The notes below the pieces were generated by a model, which saw nothing but the letters and a program-made list of their open reading frames with translations, searched no databases and was not told where the DNA came from. A stretch of DNA of 64,000 nucleotides, taken from NCBI GenBank assembly GCA_963714865.1, contig CAVQPR010000001.1:1875560-1939559 (forward strand). The letters run 5' to 3'. Shown here piece by piece: positions 1 through 7,654 of this stretch (position 1 is the stretch's first letter; the number at the start of each line of letters is the position of its first letter). The translations under genes were made by a program, and so were the position numbers. The DNA is from an uncultured Actinomycetes bacterium. GTDB taxonomy: Bacteria; Actinomycetota; UBA4738; HRBIN12.

Positions 1-69
1 TGGCCGAGATCGCTGTAACGATGGGGGCGGGAACCGGGACCCATACGGAACACGACCACGGAGCGAACG

Positions 70-1282
70 ATGAGTGAGATCGAGATCTTCGGCGCCACCT
101 GGTGCCCCGATTGCCGCCGGGCCAAGAAGTTCCTGACCGACCAGCGCGTGCCGTTCGTCTGGCACGACATCGAGGTCCGTCCCGAGCTGGTCGAGGAGGT
201 CGAGCGCCGCAACGAGGGCAAGCGGATCATCCCCACGATCGTGTTCCCCGACGGGTCGCATCTGGCCGAGCCGACGAACGAGGAGATCGCCGACAAGCTC
301 GGGATCCCCCGGGTGGCCGAGATGCACTGCTACGACGTGATCATCGTCGGGGGCGGGCCGTCGGGACTGACTACGGCGATCTATGCCGCGCGCGAGAACC
401 TCGACACGCTGGTGATCGACTCCAAGGGCCTGGGCGGCCAGGCCGGGGTCACCGAGAAGCTCGACAACTACCCGGGCTTCCCCGAGGGGATCGGGGGTGC
501 CGAGCTGGCCGATCGGTTCGTGCGACAGGCCGAGCGTTACGACGTGGAGATGCTGCAGGCCGTGAGCGTCACCGGCATCGCCGAGACCGACACGCACCTG
601 CTCGAGGTCCGGACCGCGACCGGCGACCACTACGACGCCCGGGCCGTCCTGTTGGCCACCGGCTCGTCCTACCGGCGCACCGGCGCCAAGGGCGAGGAGG
701 ACCTGATCGGCGCGGGTGTGCACTTCTGCGCCACCTGCGATGGCCCGTTCTACAAGGGCTCGGACGAGCTGCTCGTGATCGGCGGCGGCAACTCCGGTCT
801 CGAAGAGGGGCTGTTCCTCGCCCAGTTCACCGACAAGGTCACGGTGGTGGAGTTCGCCGACAGGCTGCTGGGCTCGCAGATCCTGCAGGACAAGGTCATG
901 AACCACCCCAAGATGGAGGTGTTCCTCAACCACTCCGTACAGGAGTTCGCGCCCAAGGACGACGGCTCGGGCAAGCTCGGGACGGTGCGGATCGAGGACC
1001 GTGAGACCGGCGAGGTCATCGAGCGGCATCCCGGCGGCGGCGTTCGTCTTCATCGGGCTCGATCCCAACACCGACTTCCTCGAAGGGATCGTCGGGCTGG
1101 ACGAGCGCCGGTTCGTCACCACCGACGCCACGTTCATGACCGACCGACCGGGGGTGTTCGCGGCCGGCGACGTGCGCGGCGGCTCGACCAAGCAGCTGGC
1201 CTCCGCCGTGGGCGACGGTGCGGCCGTCGCGATCGCGATCCGCGGCTACCTCGACCGGGTCGACGCCGAGGAGGCCGTGTGA
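70..1282 (+). pseudogene. trxB: Glutaredoxin/NrdH-like domain fused to low-Mr thioredoxin-disulfide reductase; one apparent frameshift near 1031-1041
   Basis: ORF 70..1599 has FGATWCPDC redoxin motif, FAD motif VIIVGGGPSG, redox-active CATCDG, NADPH motif GGGNSGLEEG; conserved C-terminal TrxR block AAAFVFIGLDPNTDF..GVFAAGDVR..GDGAAVAI continues in another frame (ORF 1001..1282). Confidence 0.8.
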
Positions 1283-1519
1283 TGACCGCGGATCCGGACG
1301 AGATCTTCGAGCTGATCCTCAAGGCCGACGAGAAGCTGAAGTACGCGACCGCGGCCACCGGCGACGTGCAGGGCGCAGCAGGCGGCCGACCTGTTGACCC
1401 GGGCGATGCACGACGCCGAGGCGATCGGGAACGAGGGTCTGGTGCAGCAGGCGCGCGTGCGGCTGGCCGACCTCGAGGCGATGCTGATGGCGGCGGATCC
1501 GCCTGGCGGATCCGCCTGA
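1282..1519 (+). CDS. Small helical hypothetical protein, start overlaps trxB stop (TGATG); apparent frameshift near 1365-1378
   Basis: MTADPDEIFELILKADEKLKYATAATGDV in frame of ORF 70..1599, then protein-like QQAADLLTRAMHDAEAIGNEGLVQQARVRLADLEAMLMAADPPGGSA* in the next frame ending at TGA 1517-1519. Confidence 0.4.
1492..1517. repeat. Tandem duplication of 13-nt unit ggcggatccgcct; each unit contains the perfect 12-nt palindrome GGCGGATCCGCC
   Basis: Read directly: 1492-1504 and 1505-1517 identical; located at the convergent junction between the small ORF and the anti-sigma gene. Confidence 0.7.
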
Positions 1520-1774
1520 CTAGGCTCCCTCGTCCCGCCACGCTCGGAAGGCCTCCAGGAGCGCACCGCGCTGGTCGGCGGGCACCTGCTCCTCGGTAAG
1601 GGTCCCCGCGATCCGCGACGTGGCTCGCAGCTGCTCCAGTGCGCCGGTGCACCCGGTGCAGCCCGCGAGGTGCGTCTCGAGCCGCTCCCGCTCCGGGCCC
1701 ACGATGGCGTCGTCCAGGTAGTCGGTGAGGAGTTCGACGAGTTCCTTGCAGGTGATCTCCTCGTTCGTCGTCAT
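1520..1774 (-). CDS. ZAS-family (RsrA/RshA-like) redox-sensing anti-sigma factor
   Basis: 84-aa ORF with C9, H35-x3-C39-x2-C42 (HLAGCTGC), same Cys-His spacing as the RsrA zinc site; ATGA overlap with upstream ECF sigma gene. Confidence 0.8.
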   Translation of the reverse strand: MTTNEEITCKELVELLTDYLDDAIVGPERERLETHLAGCTGCTGALEQLRATSRIAGTLTEEQVPADQRGALLEAFRAWRDEGA

Positions 1775-2421
1775 CCCTCATCCCCGAGGTAGTCGTCGAG
1801 GGCCCTGCGCAGTTTCGCGCGGGCCCGGTGCAGCAGCACCCGTTGGTTGGTCTCGGTGAGGTCCAGGGCGTTACGGACCTCCTCGGCGCTCCACCCGGCC
1901 ACGTCTCGCAGCCGCATGACCTCGGCCTGCATCGGCGGGAGCTTCGTCGAGCACCCCGGCGATCGACCACGAGGGTCTCGGCCCCGAGCAGCCGGTCCTC
2001 GGGCAGGCCGCGCCAGTCGCGGGGCACGCTCGACCAGTGACCCGGCGTTGTCGGTGCCCTCGGGACGGAACCACGCCTCGTCGAACGAGGGCGCCTCGAG
2101 GTCGTCTCCCGCGATCGAGGCGAACGGCACGCTGCGTCCCTCGCGCTGGCCGCGCGTCTTCGCGGTGTTCGTGAGGATGCGGAAGATCCACGTCCGCAGC
2201 GACGAGCGGCCCTCGAAGCGGTCGAGGCCCTGGAGCACGCCGAGCCAGGCATCCTGCACGACCTCTTCGGCGACGGCGAGGGTCGATACGTACATGCGGG
2301 CGACGCGGAGCATCGAGGGGCTGCAGGCGGTCGACGAGCGACATGAACGCGACCTCGTCGCCTGCGCGGAGGAGTTCGATCAGCTGCCGGTCGGCATCCG
2401 AGGCGACGGTCGGCGTGTCAC
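1771..2421 (-). pseudogene. ECF (sigma-70 family) RNA polymerase sigma factor with about five apparent frameshifts
   Basis: Region 2 (EEVVQDAWLGVLQGLDRFEGRSSLRTWIFRILTN) and region 4 (LPPMQAEVMRLRDVAGWSAEEV..NQRVLLHRARAKLR) in ORF 1771..2313; linker GHWSSVPRDWRGLPEDRLLGAETLVV and IAGVLDE lie in the two other frames; N-terminal TPTVASDADRQLIELLRAGDEVAFMSLVDRLQP in another frame upstream of 2313. Confidence 0.75.
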
Positions 2422-2461
2422 GATGCGGAGCCTATCCGCGACGCCGCTGAGGCGGGAGCGC

Positions 2462-3558
2462 CTAGCCCGGGCGGGCGGCGGCGGTCACGGGCGTCCCGTA
2501 TCCGGCGACGCTCTGGATCTGCACGGCGCCGCCGGGGCCGGGGTGGCGGGCGTGGATCATCGATGCCGCCCGCCGATGTACATCGCGACGTGGCTGGTCG
2601 GCGAGTAGAAGAAGAGCAGATCGCCGGGCTGGATCTGATCGATCGGCACGTGGGGCACCGAGGAGTACTGCGAGTACGAGGAGTGCGGCAGGTAGACGCC
2701 GGCCTGCGCGTACGCCCAGGACGTGAGGCCCGAGCAGTCGAACCCGACGGACGGGTCGGCCGCTCCCCACACGTACTGGGTGCCGATCACGGATTTGGCG
2801 GCCGCGATCGCCGACGCTGGCGCCCGTCGCGTTGGGCGGCGGAACGAACCCGCCGCCCCCTCCGTGCGTCGCCGCCGCCGCTCGTGCCCGGGTCGTTCGC
2901 GCGTCGGCGTCCTCGGCGGCCGCGGCGGCCGCGGCTTGGGCCGCCTGCGCGTCGAGGTAGTCCTGTACTCCGGTGCCGAGCTGGTCGGCCAGGGCCTGCT
3001 GCTCGTCGAGCATCCCCTGGATCTCGGCCCGCTTGGCGGCCATCGCGTCGAGCTCCGCCTGTCGTCTCGTCGAGCTGCTCGTCGTAGCGGTCGGCGGCCC
3101 ACTCGGCCTGCTGCTGGGCGTTCTCGGCGGCGGTCGCGAGGTCGGCGTCGTTCTGGGCGATCGAGCCCCATGAACTCGAGGCGGTCGGAGAACTCGGAGA
3201 GGTCGGGGCTCCGAGTAGCACGTCGATCTGGGAACCGAGCGCCCGTGTACGCCTCGACCGCGCGGTCCGCGAGGCGTTCGGTCGCCTGGCCGCCATCGCC
3301 TCGGCGGCTCCCTTGTCGTCGAGGGCTTCGCGGAGCTTGTCCTGGACGAGCGCAGAGCTGGTAGCGGGCCTCGTTGTAGCTGCTCGATCACGACTTCGAT
3401 CTCGTGACCGAGCTCGCTGCGCCTTCGGCCTGGGCGGCCTCGACCTCGTCCTTGGTGGGGGTGCCGCGGACGAGACCGTGGGCGAGGAGCGAGGCAGGGG
3501 ACGACGAAGACGACGGCGACCGCGATCCGTGCGATTCTGCTTGGCGTGCCCTGCTCAT
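2462..3558 (-). pseudogene. RipA-like secreted peptidoglycan endopeptidase (coiled-coil N-terminus + NlpC/P60 domain), about a dozen apparent frameshifts
   Basis: NlpC/P60 core AAKSVIGTQYVWGAADPSVGFDCSGLTSWAYAQAGVYLPHSSYSQY..PGDLLFFYSPTSHVAMYIGG (ORF 2557..3171); coiled-coil pieces (IAQNDADLATAAENAQQQAEWAADRYDEQL; QAELDAMAAKRAEIQGMLDEQQALADQLG) and signal-like RIARIAVAVVFVVPCLA alternate between all three minus frames. Confidence 0.75.
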
Positions 3559-3589
3559 CGATCCTCCGGGCTGTCTGCCTACCGTACGG

Positions 3590-3743
3590 CAACAGGCCCC
3601 GGTTCGCCGGGGCCTGCTCCACCGAGGCTAGCGAGCCGCCCGGGGGTCGTCAAACCCCGTCGGTGCATAACCGTCGCGATGACGTAGAGCGGAACGACGG
3701 AGGGCGGACCCCGTCGCGCGGGCCCGCCCTCCGGTGCCTCGAG
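3590..3743 (-). promoter_or_regulatory. Structured GC-rich 5' leader of the NlpC/P60 gene; possible ydaO-type (c-di-AMP) riboswitch, unverified
   Basis: About 185 nt non-coding upstream of ATG 3558; repeated CGCGACGG / GACGGGGU blocks, GCUAGCCUCGG resembling the ydaO GCUAACCUCG core, hairpin GGCCCCGG-CGAA-CCGGGGCC (3595-3614) just before SD GGAGG. Confidence 0.25.
3699..3732 (-). terminator. Strong GC hairpin immediately downstream of tRNA-Pro (terminator or first stem of the downstream leader)
   Basis: ggagggcgg (3699-3707) pairs with ccgccctcc (3724-3732), extra inner C:G pairs; no clear U-tract. Confidence 0.3.
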
Positions 3744-3817
3744 TCGGGACGGCGGGATTTGAACCCGCGACCTCAGCGTCCCGAACGCTGCGCGCTACCA
3801 AGCTGCGCCACGTCCCG
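3744..3817 (-). tRNA. tRNA-Pro (anticodon CGG), CCA not encoded
   Basis: Reverse complement CGGGACGTGGCGCAGCTTGGTAGCGCGCAGCGTTCGGGACGCTGAGGTCGCGGGTTCAAATCCCGCCGTCCCGA: 7-bp acceptor stem CGGGACG/CGTCCCG, anticodon loop TTCGGGA, T-loop GGTTCAAATCC. Confidence 0.9.
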
Positions 3818-3825
3818 AGGAGCCC

Positions 3826-4723
3826 TCAGTGTAGCGACTCGGACGGCGCCGCCAACAGCGTCGGCGCAGTTCCAGGACGGTGGCCTCGGGGCGGCACCAG
3901 AACCGGAACGGCGCGAACTTGCTCGTGCCGAGGCCCGGGGAGGTGTGCAGCACCGAATCGCCCATCCGGATCAGGCCGCTGACGAGCCGGCGGGGCATCG
4001 AGCAGTTGGTCACGAGGGCTCCGACGATCGGCAGTCGCGACCTGGCCGCCGTGGGTGTGTCCCGCCACGATCAGGTGGTATCCGAGCGCCGCGGTCTCCG
4101 GCGCCGAGTCGGGTGAGTGCATCACCGCGATCCCGCAGCCGGTCGGGATGATGCCGCGGCGCGACCCTCGAGGTCGTGCCAGCGGATGTGGGCGTCGTCG
4201 AGCCCCAGCAGCTCGACCGGCAGCCCATCGAGGTCGAGCGTCCGCCGGGAGTTCGTCAGATCCTGCCACCCGTCCGCGCCGAGCTGGGCCACCAGGTCGG
4301 ACGCCCGCCCCTTCGGAGCCTTGCGTCGCCTGCGATGGCGGCGGAAGTAGGCGAGATAGTTGAGTGGCCGCGGCACGAAGTAGTCGTTGGACCCCAAGCA
4401 CGAACCATGAGGCGAGCCGGCCCCGGACCGCGTGCACCGCCTCCACGGTGGCCTCGACCGCCGCGGGCTCGGCCAGGAAGTCGCCCGTCACCACGGTGAC
4501 GTCGGCCGCTGGGAGCGACGCCAGGAAGCGCGCCTTCTTGGGGTCGTCGGCGACGAAGTGCAGGTCGGACAGGTGGAGCACCGTCAGGGCCTCGGGACCG
4601 TCCGGCGGTAGGATGTCGAGGCGGTAGCGGCGCAGGCGATACCAGGAGTGCTCGATCAGCGCGCCGTAGCAGCACGCAGCCGGCCCCGACGATGAGCACC
4701 GCGAGCACGATCAGGGGAAGCAC
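3826..4723 (-). pseudogene. Membrane-anchored metallophosphoesterase (calcineurin-like), at least four apparent frameshifts; 3' end uncertain
   Basis: VLHLSDLHF, VTGDF, GSNDYF, AGHTHGGQ phosphoesterase motifs spread over ORFs 3826..4581, 4122..4397 and 3795..4013; N-terminal TM VLPLIVLAVLIVGAGCVLL in a further frame. Confidence 0.65.
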
Positions 4724-4736
4724 CGGAGGAGTGTAC

Positions 4737-5194
4737 GTGGGCGACGACACGCTCAAGACGCAGATCCGCGAGCAGATGACCGACGCGATGCGCAGCGGCG
4801 ACAAGATCGCGTTGGGCGCGCTCCGCATGCTCACGGCGGCGATCGTGAACCGCGAGAAGGAGATCGGGCACGAGCTGTCCGACGATGAGGTGCGCGAGGT
4901 GGCCGGCAAGGAGGTCAAGAAGCGCGTCGAGTCGATCGAGGCCTTCGACGCGGCCGGGCGCACCGAACTCGCCGACAAGGAGCGGGCCGAGCGCGCGATC
5001 GCTCGAGCCGTTCGCCCCCGATGCAGCTGTCGGACGAGGCGACCGACGCGCTCGTCGACGAGGCGTTCGCCGCGACCGGAGCACAAGGTCCCGGCGACAT
5101 GGGCAAGGTCATGGGCTTCGTGATGGGCCGGGCCAAGGGCCAGGTCGACGGCGCGGCCGTCCAGCAGAAGGTGCGCGAGCGGCTGGGTGCCTAG
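4737..5194 (+). pseudogene. GatB/YqeY domain-containing protein, two apparent frameshifts (about 5000 and at C5 run 5015-5019)
   Basis: GGAGGAG SD 5 nt before GTG 4737; TLKTQIREQMTDAMRSGDKIALGALRMLTAAIVNREKE..; C-terminus QLSDEATDALVDEAFAATGAQGPGDMGKVMGFVMGRAKGQVDGAAVQQKVRERLGA* found in a third frame ending TAG 5192-5194. Confidence 0.7.
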
Positions 5195-7605
5195 CGGCGC
5201 CCGGTCGGGGTCCCCGCGGCTCCTGGCTCCACGCCCACCGTGATCGTGACGGTCGTCCCCTGCTCGGCCTTGGTTTGGCCGCCCGGGGTTTGGAATAGGA
5301 CGATGCCCTGGCGGCTTGGCTCAGGGATCTCCTTGTCAACCACGGCGACGACGAAGCCGGCCTCCTCCAGCGTCGTTCGCGCCAGATCGGGGGCCATGCC
5401 CACCACCCGCGGGACGACCACGATGTCGGGCACGCCGCTCGAGACCTGGATCGTCACCGAGAGACCGAGGTCGACGACGCTCCCCCCGGCGGGGGACTGG
5501 GCAACGACCGTGCCCTTGGGCAGCGGCGACCCCACGACCTCGACGACGGACCCGAAGCCCGCGTCGCCGAGCGTCTGGACCGCGGCCGGCTTCTGCATCC
5601 CGACGACATCGGGGACCTCCCCCTTGGGGAGCTCGGGCGGGGACGGGAAGCCCAGGATCTGCTGCCCCGCCATGACGCGCGACATGTAGGCCCGCCATAT
5701 CGGCGCCGCGACCGTGCCGCCGAAGACCTGTCCCATCGAGTAGGGCTCGCCGGGCGAGCCCACCCACACCGCCGTCGAGACTTGGCGCGTGTACCCGACG
5801 AACCACACGTTCGTGTTGCCGTTGGCCGTGCCGGTCTTGCCGGCCACCGGCCAGCTGCCGAGGTTGGCGGCGGTGCCCGTCCCCTCGCGGACGACGCTCG
5901 TGAGCATCGAGGAGATCTGATGGGCGATGCCCGGCTTGATGGCGGGCGCGCACTGGTCCTGGTGCACGAACAGATCGCCCTGGTCGCCCACGATCTTCTC
6001 GACGGCATACGGTGGGCAATGCTCGCCGCCGTTGGCCAGGGTCTGATACCCCGAGGCCATCTCGAGCGGCGTGACGTCCACGGACCCCGTCGCCAGCGCG
6101 TCGACCGCGGGGATGTCGGTCGTGATCCCCATGCGGTGCGACGTGTCGACCACCAACGAGGCGCCGACGTCCTGGATCAGCTGGGCGAACACGACATTCA
6201 CCGAGTTGGTGGTGGCCTGATACAGGTTGATGAAGCCGCGGCTCCCTGGGCCTTCGGCGTTCTGCACGCAGTTGCAGTCGCTGCCCGGCCACCCGCCCGG
6301 CGGGTGGTACGGCGAGGTGCTGTCGTAGGTCGTCGTCGGCGGGATCCCCTGCTCGAAGGCGCCGGCCAGCACGAACGGCTTATACGAGGAGCCGGGCTGG
6401 TGCGCGGTGGTTGCCAGGCGCAGCTGATCGCGGCGGTAGTTGCGCCCAGAGAGCATCGTGCGGATGGCGCCGGTCGAGTTGTCGATCGAGACGATGGCTG
6501 TGTCGGGCTTGAGCTTGCCCGGAGGCGTGTAGATCGCGGCGGCGTAGGGGGCCTGGGCGGCGGCCTTCGCGTAGGCCTGCCACGCGGGGTCGAGCGTCGT
6601 GTAGATCTCGAGGCCTCCCTCGAATAGCGCGCGCCGACGCGCCTTCTCGCTCTTGCCGAGGACGTCGAACTGACCGTCCGGGTTGTCGACGATCTGCTCC
6701 TGGACGTAGGTCACGAAGAACGGCGGACGCTTGAGCTTCAGCTTGCCGGCTTCTTCGGAGAGCCCCAGTGGCGACTGCTTGATCCGTTCGGCTTTCTGTT
6801 CGCTCACCCACCCCAGCGACAGCATCCGGTTCATCACGTCGTTGCGCCGCTTGCGCATCTTGACCGGGCGGTCGAGGGGGTCGTAGTACTCGGGGGCGCG
6901 GATCATCCCCGCGAGCGTCGCGCCCTCGAGCAGGTTCAGCTTGCGGGCGGGCTTCCCGAAATAGAACTCGGCTGCCGTGCCCACGCCGTAGACGCCGTTG
7001 CCCATGTACACCTGGTTCATGTAGAGCTCGAAGATCTCGTCCTTGGAATACTGCTCCTCCACCCGAAGGGCCAACGCCAGCTCCTGGAACTTGCGTTCGA
7101 ACGTGAGCGACGTGTCGCCGCCGACCGTGTTCTTCACCAGCTGCGTGGTGATGGTCGAGCCGCCCTGCACCACCTCGCCGGCCCGAGCGTTCTCCACGAG
7201 GGCCCGCATGATCGACGACCAGTTGAGCGCGCCGTGCTCGTAGAACTGGTCATCCTCGATCGCGAGGATGGCCTGCCGTGTGGGCTTGCTGATCTTCCTG
7301 AGACGCACGATCTTGCGGTTGTCCAGATACACCGTGGCGAGGACCGTGGTCCCGTCGGCCGCGTAGATCGTCGAGCGCTCGGGGAACTTGGGGATCTTGG
7401 TGAAGTCGGCGCCCAGCGTGTCCAGCTTCGCGGTGACCCGTGAGACCCCGAACGAGGCGCCCATGAACGGCGGCGCAAGGATCACCGCCATCAGGAGCGA
7501 GGTGATCAAGATCACGGGCACCAGCAGGACGACCGCGAACGGCTTGAACACGAGTCGGTCGTTCAGCGGACGCTGGTCCGTACGAGGTCGGGAAGCGGGA
7601 GCCAT
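5191..7605 (-). CDS. Class A penicillin-binding protein (GT51 transglycosylase + transpeptidase) with two C-terminal PASTA domains
   Basis: Intact 804-aa ORF; N-terminal TM; EDDQFYEHGA and GGSTITTQLVKN (GT51); SSYKP (SxxK), SVN, KTGTA (transpeptidase); two PASTA-like repeats at C-terminus. Confidence 0.9.
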   Translation of the reverse strand: MAPASRPRTDQRPLNDRLVFKPFAVVLLVPVILITSLLMAVILAPPFMGASFGVSRVTAKLDTLGADFTKIPKFPERSTIYAADGTTVLATVYLDNRKIVRLRKISKPTRQAILAIEDDQFYEHGALNWSSIMRALVENARAGEVVQGGSTITTQLVKNTVGGDTSLTFERKFQELALALRVEEQYSKDEIFELYMNQVYMGNGVYGVGTAAEFYFGKPARKLNLLEGATLAGMIRAPEYYDPLDRPVKMRKRRNDVMNRMLSLGWVSEQKAERIKQSPLGLSEEAGKLKLKRPPFFVTYVQEQIVDNPDGQFDVLGKSEKARRRALFEGGLEIYTTLDPAWQAYAKAAAQAPYAAAIYTPPGKLKPDTAIVSIDNSTGAIRTMLSGRNYRRDQLRLATTAHQPGSSYKPFVLAGAFEQGIPPTTTYDSTSPYHPPGGWPGSDCNCVQNAEGPGSRGFINLYQATTNSVNVVFAQLIQDVGASLVVDTSHRMGITTDIPAVDALATGSVDVTPLEMASGYQTLANGGEHCPPYAVEKIVGDQGDLFVHQDQCAPAIKPGIAHQISSMLTSVVREGTGTAANLGSWPVAGKTGTANGNTNVWFVGYTRQVSTAVWVGSPGEPYSMGQVFGGTVAAPIWRAYMSRVMAGQQILGFPSPPELPKGEVPDVVGMQKPAAVQTLGDAGFGSVVEVVGSPLPKGTVVAQSPAGGSVVDLGLSVTIQVSSGVPDIVVVPRVVGMAPDLARTTLEEAGFVVAVVDKEIPEPSRQGIVLFQTPGGQTKAEQGTTVTITVGVEPGAAGTPTGRR

Positions 7606-7642
7606 GGGGTTCGCGCCAAGGATACCCTTGCTCGCCCGCAGG

Positions 7643-7648
7643 TACGAT
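7643..7648 (+). promoter_or_regulatory. -10-like hexamer TACGAT 6 nt upstream of ATG 7655 (leaderless-type start)
   Basis: TANNNT hexamer, no SD between it and the ATG. Confidence 0.3.
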
Positions 7649-7654
7649 GGGCAG

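Noticed and set aside
3744-3817. tRNA-Pro as an integration site for a genomic island
   Set aside because: There is no integrase and no duplicated tRNA 3' fragment in the flanks. The flanking genes are housekeeping-type and have background GC.
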